DNA of 62,789 nt, filler included, from Sluysia triapertura (taxonomy: Eukaryota): NCBI GenBank assembly GCA_046118255.1. It is 5 parts of 5 records of this genome, joined end to end, with 100 filler letters (N's around TTAATTAATTAA, not from the genome) between each part and the next. Parts side by side here need not be neighbours in the genome. Positions count along the whole stretch, not along the records: positions 1 to 11,452 come from JBJNIA010184590.1; positions 11,553 to 22,970 come from JBJNIA010184968.1; 3 more parts are not named here. The stretch is one strand, 5' to 3'. The position numbers were made by a program, and so were the translations under genes. The notes below the pieces were generated by a model. That model was not told the origin of the DNA and ran no database searches. It worked only from the letters and a program-made list of their open reading frames with translations. Shown one piece after another: positions 1 through 12,523 of this stretch. Position 1 is the first letter of the stretch. Every line of letters starts with the position of its first letter.

Positions 1-930
1 TTAATTTATTATGAGATGTAATTTGGTGAAGTGTGAGTTGGAAAAGTGTTATGGTTGTGTATGTTATTGTTTTATGAGATGAGTTGAGTGGTGTTTTCTG
101 TTTGAAGGGTGTGATGAGTGGTGTTGTTTTGTGTGATGAATTTTTATTTTCTTATTGAGTTAAGGGGTTGGTCACTACATCTCTGATAGGTGGTTACAGG
201 CACAAATAAAACTTTGAGGAGTTGACTAAGTCAAACGGTAACGGTATTTAAAGCAATCTCAACGTCAATTGAAATTGAATTCGATAAGTTTTCGTAAGAT
301 TAGACATAAGTTATTAATGCATTTGTTAGTTAAAACTTACAATATTAAAACTTTATTAAATTGATTAATTTATATTTTTAATACAATGTATTTTATTCAC
401 TAATAAAGTTTTCATAACTTGTAAAACAAAATATGCAATATTAACTTTATAATTTAATTTCTCTAAGAATTTGAGTGCAATAAACTGAAAATATGTATTA
501 TTAATTATCAATGAATGAACAATTAGTTTTACTGTATTTTTATTATTTAATTTTCGAAAATTTATATTCACTTTAAATATTATTCCTTTTAACAACACAT
601 TCAATATTTTATCCACATTCATTTCGAATTCTGTACTCCTTACTTTTAATTTCGATTCTGACGATACCAACATAAATAATAATGGACCAAGTACTGATTT
701 CTGAGGAACACCATACTTTATGTTTACTTCATTTGACTTCACAATGTTTTCTTTTTAAGAATAATTCAACTCACTGCATCAAAAGCTGTAGATACAACAA
801 ACAATATCATCAAAACACTTATATTACGACTAAAAACCATTTAAAATATAATAACAGTTTCCTTTTAGTGATAAGTCTTGCAGCTAGACTGATACATTGT
901 AAGCAGTTTATTTTAGTCTAAATACAAAAA
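1..930 (-). mobile_element. Degenerate non-LTR retrotransposon (L2/CR1-type) reverse transcriptase fragment
   Basis: ORF 365-742 begins GVPQKSVLGPLLF (RT motif GVPQGSxLGPLLF). Upstream minus frame at ~760-795 reads STAFDAVS*IIL (cf. DxxKAFDxVxHxIL). Stops and deletions present. Confidence 0.75.
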
Positions 931-3900
931 TTGTTATAAGTCGCTGAGTGTGATTTATAAAAAAATACAGTTCGAACATTTTAATACTCATCACAAATTT
1001 AAAAATCATATTTATCACAATGAATATAAATTAAAATGGGGCATGAAATAACAAATATTAAATTAAGATTACTTCGTATGTCATGTCAAACAAAAAGTCA
1101 AAAAAGCATCTTTTATTTAAAAATGATAAATTCATGTTAAATTTAAAAAATAAATTGGAATTCACTGAAGTTTTAGTAATAAATTTGTTCATCATAGTAT
1201 TTACATTTAGTTAAATGCGAAAATTTTCCTAAATAGGCAAAATACTTATTCGCTAAATTCATGAAATTTTTTCATTTATAATTAAAATATTTCGTTATTG
1301 ATTTATAAAATTAAATAAATTTTATTTTTGTTTAAATATTTCGATAAAATTTAGAAAAAGTGCAGCAAAATGCACAAACGAATTTGACAGACAAACTGTT
1401 CAGAAAAGTATTCCACAATGAATCAGTGGCTGTTATAACAAGTTAATGTAAATTCAATAATTTTAAATTATATCATTTGATTATTTAGTTAAATAAATAT
1501 GATGGCTTATTTGGATAATCAAATGAAAATAGGTGTAAGATCAAATAAGCATGACAATTCACTTGTTTTTCAGAATTTATTTTAATATCGCAATTATCGT
1601 TAAAGTGAGTATTAAAGGGTTATGCATAATTTCAAAAATCGACAATTTGTAGCATTGTAATTTTAAAGTCCAAATGTACAACAGTTCGATATTGAAGAAT
1701 ATATCAAGAATATGAAGTTTGTGCCTGCAATATGTTATATATACTGCATAACATTACATTGAAAATGAGATTAATTTAATTATTTAAATATTTCAAGTTT
1801 ATATTTAATTAATATTATATTTTTATATTCAAATATGCAGATCTCGTACTTGCCCATTAACTTATGTTATTGGCTAGATATCAAAAAAACTCTTCATTAA
1901 TGAAAGTAGAAGGAATATACGTCAATATAATGTAAGATTTACTTATTGCATAATTACCACTACGTTGTATGTTAAAACAAATAAGTTGTTTTAATAATTA
2001 ACATAACAAATTTCGTGATGTTATCTATGCATTATGCATACAACTTTTTTTTATCACAAACTTCAAAATTCAAAGAGAAGGTTAAATTGAAAAGTTTTCT
2101 ATAATGTTTTGAATTAAAGTGTAATTGCAAGATCACTTGTAACACTTTATGATAATAAAGTCTGAGTATTTTCCGTAAAAACAGTTCTATGGGAAATTTC
2201 TAAAGCATACCAAGAAATTTATTCAAGCATTTGTGGTAAAAAAGCAGTTTCTGTGATAAGTGTAATAATGTCGTCATTTCTAGTCAAGAATCAATAATGA
2301 TGACTATTTTGTGATATCCATTCAAAATTCAAATAATTATTTTTATATTAGAATATTTAAGCACGATTTCAATGAAATGATGTCTAATGTGATAATTAGA
2401 AACGACTTTTAATGCCTTTAATATTCTTGAAAATATCTTACGTAGTTAAAATGGAATTGCATTCATTGTTAATTGACTGTTGATTATTGCGTCTATTACA
2501 GTAACATTTTCAGTCGATCTATCATCGGACGCATTACCGACATATTTATAACCTGTTTTGAACATCATAACTATTAAAATTTAAAATACTATGAGAAACG
2601 TTAAAAAATGTATGGTATATAATAGTTTTGAAATAGTAGCTCCTGCGTATGATTTGATGGTAAGTCTTCTCTGGTGTAACTAATGAAGAAACTATAGTTA
2701 TTCGGCATTAGGAACATCAGCAAGTTGTGTTTTTATAAAGGAATAATATCAACATTCATAAATACCAATGAACTTTAAATAAAATATTGGACAAAACTTT
2801 TCCATTATTGAAGAAATAATATATTAAATTCATAAATGGGAACTTTTATTTTATAAGGTAAAATTTGTGTTAAAAAATTAACTTCAGATTACATCAAAAT
2901 GGTTTTTTAAGAACGCATATTTATTTATTGTATATTGTAGAAATTAGAATTTTTATATATTTATTAACAATTTTTTAAAAATATAATTACAATGTGTAGT
3001 AACATTCATACAAAATATTGTACATTTGTAAAGCTCTAATAAAAATAAATATTTTTATTTTTATTATTCGATAATATTTTAATTCGGAATGTCTGAATTT
3101 AAGATGATTAAAATTATGTATTTAAGTATTAATGTAGATGATTTGAAAATCGTTTACTATATTCTAGAGTTGAAACACGACCTTTCTCGACCTCCTTGAT
3201 AAGAACTAAGTACATTTTTCAAGAACGAAATATATATAAAATAAATAAAACACAATTAAGAAGCAGAAGTTCTTGTCATTAATTAACTGTGAATAGTACT
3301 TTTTCCAAATTTCGTAATACGATATCTGATAAACATTTTCATATCTTACCAAATACTGTGTCATTTTCGAATTTCTAAGTACTTAATTTTCAAATTACAT
3401 TGAGCTCCACGAAAATAATTTAAAGTTCAATAATCTCAATGTTATAAGAACAAAATAATCACTCATTTTCAATTGCGCAACCACTGATCTTAAATTTGAT
3501 TTCTATTTCTATATTTTATTATTTTGTTTTATAAAAGTATTTATTAGTAATAAATATGTAATAAGGTCATAAAAGTATGGAAAACTACTTTTGATTTAAT
3601 TATTCAATTATTTGATTTAATTATTTAAAAAAGCTTCAAGTAAAAAATAACCTTAGAAATGTAAATGATTAACTCAAAAAGATAAAATTTAATAATCAAT
3701 ACTCTGAAATATTTACAATTATTCTATTCTTAATGATTCACTTACCATTAATTCATGAACATTTTCAAGTGCTGTTTTAAATGATGTTGAAAGTGGCTGG
3801 GATAATACAAAAATATTACAAATTACAAAAAAACCTTAATTATATTTCCAAAAGCATTAAAAATTATATCACTAAAAATAGGGTATTATTGGTGAATCAA

Positions 3901-4483
3901 AATTGAAGTAATTAATATTTAATTAACTCATAAAAAGTGGGGAATTAAACACCGAAATTTTAGAGTATGAAATAAGTTAATGATTAATTTTAATTTGGAA
4001 TGTCAAATAATTTAAAAATTTTAAAACTTATGTTAAGTTTTATTTTACTTTAATATAGCCATCAATTTCAGTGTAGAAATATTTAGTAATTCGATTTTTG
4101 ACAATTATAATTTACACAATAAATGTATAGAATATTATTGAGTTTGAAAGAATAATTTAAAAATATAGTATAGTACGAATATTAGTAAATAAAAATACTT
4201 TAAATAAGGCTTAATGGAAAATGTATTGCTTCATAAGTATGACAACATTCAAGTGTGTTGCTTTCAAAACCAAATCTAAATCAAAAAAGGTTATATTTAA
4301 AATACAAGATAAGGCTTCACATCAAATATAAAATTACGTCATGTATTATATAAGATTATGAAGTGTTTCAAAGTGTTAAATTATTTCTAAAAAGTTAATA
4401 AGATTTGTTATAACCAATCAAAATATAATAAAATATTACAAAATTGGCTTTGTATTTTATCTTTGAAAAAGTTCATTTTTAAT

Positions 4484-6925
4484 ATGGCTGTCGAAAAGAA
4501 AAGGTTTTACGAAAATCTTATTTCTCAATTAGAATCAGTACCTGAAATCCATTGGTTTGTGCAACCAGTATTGGATAATGATGCGCCAAGATACAGTACT
4601 GAAATCTTTGACTCAATAGCAATAAGTGATATAAAAAGGAAATTAAAACAAGATTATTATGAAGATCCATGGCTTCTTATTGAAGACTTTTACCAAATGT
4701 TTCAAAATTGTTATTTTTATAACAGTGAACATGATCAAGTGTATCTGGATTGTTTAAAGGTAATCCAAATTAGTTTTATTTTAATATATATTAGATTGAA
4801 GATTTGTTTCTACAAATTGTAGACCCGTGGATGAAAGAACAAGGTTACTGCTGTGGTAAAGTTAAAAGTAAGAAAGTGTCAGAGCTCATTTGTGCAACAT
4901 CAAAGAAATGTAAAATTTTGTCAAATCACATTTATTATAAATGTGTTTATAAGTAATATAATGTAATTTAATTATATTATGCATTGATAGATATAAAGAA
5001 CAACATGTATGTTCAAAATGTTACGAGAAATCCAGTGCAGAGGTAGAATTGCATAATATGTAATTTGTATAATTTATATATATAATGTATCTAGAAAAAT
5101 ACAGAAACGTTGTCTGCAAAAAATTAAAAAGAAGTTTATCAAAGAAATACAAATAAAATGTATACAATGTAATCGAAAATTTCATAGATCTTGTGTTGTT
5201 TATCCTGACACGGATGATTACATTTGTAATACTTGTTGCAGTATGTTTAAAACGACTAATAACAAATTAACAATTGAATCATTCCCAATGAGTATATTTT
5301 CATCATATGCACAAAAATCGATTCGAGAATTATTAACAGAAAAAGGTGTTGATGATTCTAATGTATTTATAAGAGATTTTCTTAGTCCAGAAAAAACTTT
5401 AGAAGTTAATGAGAAATTTCAAGCATTTTATAATGTTCATTATAATATTAATGTACCGTATCGTGTAAGAACTGTTACAGCGATACAAAAATCAAACAAC
5501 TGCGAAGTAATATTTTTCATGTTTCAATGTCACGAATTTTCAAATAACGATAGACGAAATTTAAATAACAACACCATTTACTTTTCATTTATGGATTCTA
5601 TTCAATATTTCTATCCAAATCATTTAAAAACGGAAGTTTATCGGGAAATTTTATTTGCATACATGAAATATGCACAACAACGGGGCTATGAAAAAATGTT
5701 TCTGTGGATGAGTCCACCAAAGCACACAGATACTTATCTTTTTCCAATGCGTCCCAAACATCAAAAACTTCCTAATGCTCAAAGACTGCGCAGTTGGTAT
5801 ATTACTACCTTTAGTGAAGCTAAAGAGAGAGATATCATTGATGATTTTTATTCAGTCGATGAATATTACTTAAATAATGAAACTAAATTAGTAAATTCAA
5901 TTGCAGATTTAAACTATTATCATGGTGATATTTTTGAACAGTATTTGGAGGATATGTATCGCGCTGCTATTAATACAGTTAATAGATCCGATTCAGTTAA
6001 TTTAACAGTTACAAGTCAAAAACGAACAAAGAAAAATCTTCATAAAACTTCAAATTTGGAGGATATTGAACCAGAAAAGTTTACACTTATCAGTGATGAA
6101 TTAAATAAAAAAATTTCAAATTTTATAATTAATAATAAAAATGAATATTTGATAATTAAATTTAAAATTCAAACGATGCTGAACAGTTATATTAAAAATA
6201 ATATGTTACAATCAGAAAAAATTATTTCCAAGACTTTATCTTGTCGAGATGACTTATTATCGTTTTATAGTCATAATTTATTGGATTTTAGCACTTTGGA
6301 GAATGCATGTTATGCTACATCATGTGTCTTGAATTTAGCATTGTTAGAAACACGTGATGAAAACGTTATTTGTTCGAATTGCAAAGAGCAGAAGAAAACG
6401 AACTGCAAGAACTGCTTCGAATGCATATGTACTTCTTATTGTTGTGGGGAAAGACCGCATCAAATTCTACCACATGAAGAATTGGAAACAAAGAAATATT
6501 TAAAACTATTCAAACATTGTTTTGAATGCAGAAAACAATGCTGTTTAATTTTAGGTTGTTTGGAACTTAAACGCAATATTTTTCACACTATTTATTGTCA
6601 TATAACAAATTGTGGAAATTGTTACATTGTCAAATATTTATTTAATTTATACTACAAATTAGGCAAATGCAATTTTACACAAAGTTGTAGATCTCCTAAT
6701 GAAACATGTCAAGTTCCACAAAACAATGTTTCGAGAAAACGCTTTGCGAGTCAAAATCTATCAGAACCTTTACAAAAACTAATTAAAGTCTTCTCTTTTA
6801 ATGAAAGTTTATCAAAAAACATACCAAAAGTTCCACAAAACACGACAAAAATTGTTCCAGATTATACGGAAGAAACTGACAAAGCTATAAATTCACTTTT
6901 ATTTGATGAATACATAAATTCATAA
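4484..6925 (+). CDS. CBP/p300-like: Miniature CBP/p300-like (KAT3) histone acetyltransferase, ~777 aa; exons 4484-4759, 4795-4952, 4991-5059, 5095-6925
   Basis: GT..AG introns of 35, 38 and 35 nt join one frame. Domains: bromodomain (IKRKLKQDYYEDPW..MFQNCYFYN), DPWMKEQGYCCG, RING-like segment, PHD (CIQCNRKFHRSCV..ICNTC), HAT (YFSFMDS; LWMSPP..DTYLF; QKLP..RLRSWY; YYHGD), then Cys-rich ZZ-like and TAZ2-like segments. Confidence 0.92.
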
Positions 6926-9866
6926 ACAACCGAATATTAATCAGTTTTGTTTTTAGATTTATTCAGAAATTGCAATTCTATAAACCAAATGTTCCAGAAC
7001 TGCAAACTAATTATACCTTTTCATTATATTTAGTCTCATTATTTATTATTCAAATAGACATTCAAGTAAATATTAATATGTTCGCTACTAGCGTTGCACA
7101 TGTGCGACATATCAGTTCTTAATTTTGAGCCCAGCGTCGCAAATGTGTGGTCTGTCTACATTATCAGTACTATTTATTAATCATAGTGCAACACCTTATC
7201 GAACTGATAGTGATATTTAAAAATGTTCAATATATCTTGCTTCATTGTGTTACTATTTTGTTAATTAATTAATATATGTATTTGTAACGTTAAATTAATA
7301 ATTCCAATATTATGTTTAATAATTCTTTTAAATTCGTTTTTAAAAATTACCAATTTATTGTACAGAATTTTCATTATGTACTTCAATTGCACACTAATGC
7401 TCGAATATGATTTTCTTTATTATACTTGCTAGATCTAACGAACATTCATAATTATCAGCATTTTAACTTAATAGATATTAATTATATGCTGTAAAATTGT
7501 TTTACTGGATTTTAACATTTAAATAATAAAATCAAAAATGTCTAATAAATGTTTTTATAATATGCTTAGCTGTTTGGTTAATTTAATGAATCTAATTTTT
7601 GTTTTTCATTCTGTTATAACTTAATTTATTTTCAGTTTTTGAGCTAGTAATTTATAATTAGTACAAAAGTTATAATTTATAAAGTAGATGTGCATTATGA
7701 AAAAGTGAACTTTTAATTTTACCTTTGTTGACTTTATAAATACACTAATTTATTAATTTTTAAGTGCATTTTCATGGAGCACAAATATACTTTTTAACAG
7801 TTATTCTGTGATTGGGTCAGAGGCCCAGCAAATGAAACGGGCAACCCAATAGTTTAGCAACCAAGTTAATAATAGTTCCAGATTAAATGGCATATAACAA
7901 TAAAATACTTTAGTGCATTGAGTTTTACAAAGACAAGAATAGACTGCATTTTGTTTAAAAAATCACAATAACACTACAAAAATAAAGAAGGAAATATACT
8001 GCAAATAACATTTTATCAGACAAATCAAGAAAAAATAATTAATTATGTTATAATGATTATTAATTTAAAATATATTTCCCAGAAATGATCAAAATAATAA
8101 CATGAAGATTTCCGGAAAATGTTGTTTAGAAGGGAAACCATTACCTTATTAGTGCAAAACACAAAAACATGATTAATGATGAACCATTATTTTCGTCTAC
8201 TTTACTCGGCTTATTTCTCTAAATTAACTTGTCGCATTAAAAAACAGTCACTAGCATGAAAAATGAATTTAACTTACTTTTTTTCACACTCAATTTTCTT
8301 ATGAATAATGTTTAAAGTTCTTAAGTGTTTCTAAACAGATCATTTTAGAAACGCTTAATATTGTCTAGATTCTTCACTTTCATGCCAATCAACTCACATT
8401 CAATTCTTTAACCTTTCATTATTATCAAACATTAAACATTTAATATTTTAGAATTTAGAGTTCATTAAAATTTGACTTTGCTTAATATTAAGGTTTTCCT
8501 TGCATGAACTCGGTCAAACCATAGATCCACGCACAATCACAACGTTAAATCAAGAAGCCTACTATGATAAATGGAGAATTATCTGACAATTTTTCCTGTG
8601 ATCTAAGACTTGTGGAGTATCTTATCAACAGGATTTTGTAAGGTAAAGACAAATGTTAAATTTATTAACAATATTAACTTGTGTGTGATTACGCAACTCA
8701 TTTTCAGTGTGTTATTGTGTTAATAAATAACGGCTATGTACTTTTGTGTTTTATTTATGACTGATGTTATATATTCTAATATAAGTTTAATTATAATATA
8801 ACGTAAATACTTAATTAATTTTATTTTACAAATGATTTTCAATCTCTATTAAAATATGATTTTAACTCTGATTAAAACGACATATCAAATCAATTAAGAA
8901 GCCATATTTTAGATAATTTTTTAATATTATATTACTCTTGACTTTAAATCTGTTTAAAATGAAGTGTGAAAATACGCGATTAATTTTACAAGCAAAAATA
9001 ACTAATAATGGAGTTAACTACTTGATACAATTTTAATGTAGCAAGAATGAAAGAAGAATAGTGATTTTATTTATTTAAAGATTTGGGTATTTAAATAATT
9101 GCTAAATTTATTTTTATAGGATTTTATCCTGTTAATTAAAATTACTGTGCAAATATTGCAAAATAATTTCGAGTCTATTTTCTATGCTTTTTAAACTTAA
9201 AAAGAATTAAACTAACTGTAAACATGGACAATATTTGAATTAGATGCAATGTTTTGGCCGTAATGAATTAAATTTCAAAAAAATAGTGGTGTGTTTGTGT
9301 GTATAATTAGATAATTTAGTCCTAGTAAAAGTGAAATGTTAATTGATTAAGTCCTCTTTCGAAAAATATTTGAACCGTTTATGCAGAAAATTGTCTCTAC
9401 AATAAAGTAGCTGAGATTATATATCAAATTCAGTGTTTATTGCTAACTGATTTTGTGATATTTTTTATTGTAAATTAAAAATTTTCAAATTTCTATTATG
9501 AAGCTTTTTTATTTCTTTTGATAAAAATTTTCATTGTTTTAGATTTAACTATTGTTAGTTTTTAAAATTGTTTTCATAATTTCAATGGGTTCGCCTATAG
9601 TAAAAAAGACTTGTGATTTTAATTAACATTTTTTAATGATTATTATGTAATTACATTTTAGGTACAATTAATTGTGAAGTTAAATATGATGTATTTGTTT
9701 GATGCGTATGTTGCGTGTATGTGCTTCTTATATCTGAAGATTCCGTGATAAAACTATAGTTTTGTTATACTTGTTTTAAATTCGTTTGAATGTATGTTTA
9801 CTATACGTCGAATGTTTAACAGTAGCTCTATCGTGTATTTCATAGAAAGGTAGAAGCGGTTTAAGT

Positions 9867-10325
9867 TTGAAAGATTTTGATGACTTAATGTCAAAAGTTG
9901 AAGGGGTAATATTATATAAATTACGTTCATTTTTTGTAAGAATAACCAAATCATTTTGTTTAAAATCATACCGTGTATGTTTTACTCAAGATAAATTATG
10001 TGTCAATCATAACTGCGACAATTGTATGAATAATTTTAGTCATAAAGAAGATCGTTCGTCAGTCTTATTGAGAATTTTGGATAAAAATCCAAAGTCAATC
10101 GTACCTAAAGTAGTTTGTGGACACCGACATAAGTCACATCATGAGGAATGTAACTGTAAACGATCAGCACGTCTGAAAAATTATAATGAGAGTCAAATGA
10201 TGACATCCAAAATAATCACCGCAAGATACCAAATGACCGAAATGGGAGAATGCTCCGGATATGGGAAAAATTGTAGAATTGTCATAGAGTTTTCGAATTC
10301 CAAGATATTTATAGTCATGTATTAA
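9867..10325 (+). pseudogene. LIN54-like: Degenerate LIN54/tesmin (CRC/CXC domain) copy
   Basis: TKSFCLKSYRVCF..CVNHNCDNCMNN..ILDKNPKSIVPKV..CNCKRSARLKNYNE follows the CXC-linker(RNPxAFxPK)-CXC layout, but several Cys are lost and the second CXC breaks off. Confidence 0.7.
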
Positions 10326-10986
10326 ACGGCAATGATCACTACGTAAGAATACAAACTCTCTTGTTGACCTTTTGAATCAAATTGCATTTGGAACAATTAT
10401 CTGTAGAAGATATTAAAGTTATTGATGACAATTGCAGCAACGTTTCATTCGCCTTCGAAATATACAACGAACCAGAAGTAATTATATACTTTTCATTAAA
10501 TTTTGTTAATTTGAACTATTTTATGTGTTTAATTTATTTTAGAAGAACTTGTGAATTTATCTTGTGGTGTATTCAAAGAAAATTAGGACAGTGTATAAAG
10601 AAATAGTGTTCTTATAAATTTATAATTAAAACAGATAAATTTTCTTTATATTTTCAATTATTAATAGACATTAATAAATTTAGATTAATTTTTGTAACAA
10701 AGTTTTTAAATAAACGTAATTTTAGTGATAATTTTCAATTTTCAATAATAGGTTTTAATGAAATTAAATATTAATGAAATTAAATATTAACTTCCTTTAT
10801 TTAAATAATTTTTTCAGATTAAATATTTTTTAATATTAATTAAATTAAATTATTTCAAAAAAGTATAATCTAAATGGTATAATACCAAAGCACTGTAAAG
10901 AAAAAACGTTATTTAATTTATTATGATGTGTTTTATTATCTACTTACACTAACAATTACAAAATTATATTTATGGGTTTATATTAC

Positions 10987-11141
10987 TGTTAGACGTCGTA
11001 AAATGGACTGACCGGGGATCGAACCCCGGACCTATAGCTGCACAGTTCGATGCTCTACCACTGAGCTATTAGACCCATCTAACGATTTTATTTTATTAGT
11101 CAGTTTTACCAAATGGCACTTTAGGCCTTTTTATCCCAACA
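10987..11141 (-). mobile_element. Short tRNA-containing element, copy 1 (TGTT..AACA termini, TSD TTAC)
   Basis: TTAC flanks both ends (10983-86, 11142-45). Internal A box TAGCTCAGTGGTAGAGC and B box GGTTCGATCC on the minus strand. Confidence 0.85.
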
Positions 11142-11350
11142 TTACTACGAGAAGAATCCCTAATCACTGCTACGAAATATTTTATGAGTAGGATTATACT
11201 ATATCTCTCAATCTCTTAATTCTTAACGTAAATGAGAGTTGTAATATACTGCAAGTTGTATTATACTCTTTTATAAATAAAATTTATGGAATTTCTTTGA
11301 AATTTATTAAGGATTAATGAGATTTCTCAAATCTTTTAATCTTAAATTAA

Positions 11351-11633
11351 CCATTTAACCGCCTGTGAGCGCATGTTTGCGAACATAAATTTATTTGAGA
11401 GATTATATGAAATATATATGAAAAAAGCCATTAAAAAGCTGGCGCCACTTGCNNNNNNNNNNNNNNNNNNNNNNNNNNNNNNNNNNNNNNNNNNNNTTAA
11501 TTAATTAANNNNNNNNNNNNNNNNNNNNNNNNNNNNNNNNNNNNNNNNNNNNATATAGTTTAGTAAATAATGCAGCAATAAAAAAATGAGTTTTTTTGGA
11601 CGTTTTTTTGAAAAAAAATTGAACGTTAAAGGG
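11351..11633. mobile_element. piggyBac-type non-autonomous element spanning a gap
   Basis: TTAA|CCATTTAAC at the left end and GTTAAAGGG|TTAA at the right end: near-perfect TIR with a TTAA target site. Confidence 0.65.
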
Positions 11634-12148
11634 TTAATCACGTACATCTAGATTTATAACCCCGCAAAATTATTATTATTATTATTATAAATATATTCTT
11701 GACACATTAAAGACAATATACGAAGAAAAGCACATATAAAAAAGTGAAATCACATCATCCAACCTCATTGTGTTAAAATACATAGACAACGTTCATTGTA
11801 TGCTTTTGAATTTATAATGCTTACACTAGGATGTATTTTAAAAAAATATATACATTATATATGTATAATATATATAAGCATAATAAAAATAATGAAATAA
11901 TAAACAAAATTCAAACATTAAAATATTTATTTTTAGAGTTTTCATTAAAATATTTATTTTTAGAGTTTTGTTTAAATATTTTATATAAAAATGTATAAAT
12001 TTATAATTAGAAATGTGTTAAATTATATTAAATTAGTTTATAAAATATAAAATGTATAAGAATTATTAAAATATTACTAAAAAATAGTGTTTCACAAATT
12101 TAGTAAAAGTATATTTTTAATCATTTAAGTAACATTACTATTTAAAAA

Positions 12149-12523
12149 ATGATTGAATTTAGTGAAGAAAATTTGTCATATTTAATTGAAAATGAACAAA
12201 ATAAATTTAAAGTAAAGTGCAGTCGTTGTAATTCCATAATAATCAAACCAGTAACTGCATTTTATGTTGATGAAATTTTGGAATTGCCAACAATGCATAG
12301 TAAGAATGAAATTGGAAATGCAGATACGTTTCCAGTTGAAACGTTAAAAGGTTGTTGGTTATTAAAGGATATGTATGACTTTGAGAACATTGGATTTTCT
12401 CATGAAAGAGATAACAAGAAATATTTATTATGTGCTGATTGTGAAATTGGACCAATTGGATATCAAGATTTAAGCCGCCCGAATCGTTTTCTTGTCTCAT
12501 TATCCAGAGTTGAACATATATAG
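12149..12523 (+). CDS. RABIF: Guanine nucleotide exchange factor MSS4 (RABIF), intronless, 124 aa
   Basis: CSRC..W..DMYDFENIGFS..KYLLCADCEIGPIGY is the Mss4 signature. AATAAA follows the stop codon. Confidence 0.95.
   Translation: MIEFSEENLSYLIENEQNKFKVKCSRCNSIIIKPVTAFYVDEILELPTMHSKNEIGNADTFPVETLKGCWLLKDMYDFENIGFSHERDNKKYLLCADCEIGPIGYQDLSRPNRFLVSLSRVEHI

Noticed and set aside
2620-2665. FEIVAPAYDLM, resembling the COQ5/UbiE N-terminus
   Set aside because: Only ~11 residues, surrounded by stops, with no further motifs found.
7072-7150. Possible piggyBac-like terminus (TTAAtatgTTCGCTAC..)
   Set aside because: No matching opposite end or clear transposase motif found.
11453-11552. TTAATTAATTAA centred in 100-nt N runs (also at ~23015, ~37121, ~51957)
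   Set aside because: Artificial six-frame-stop scaffolding spacer, not biology.
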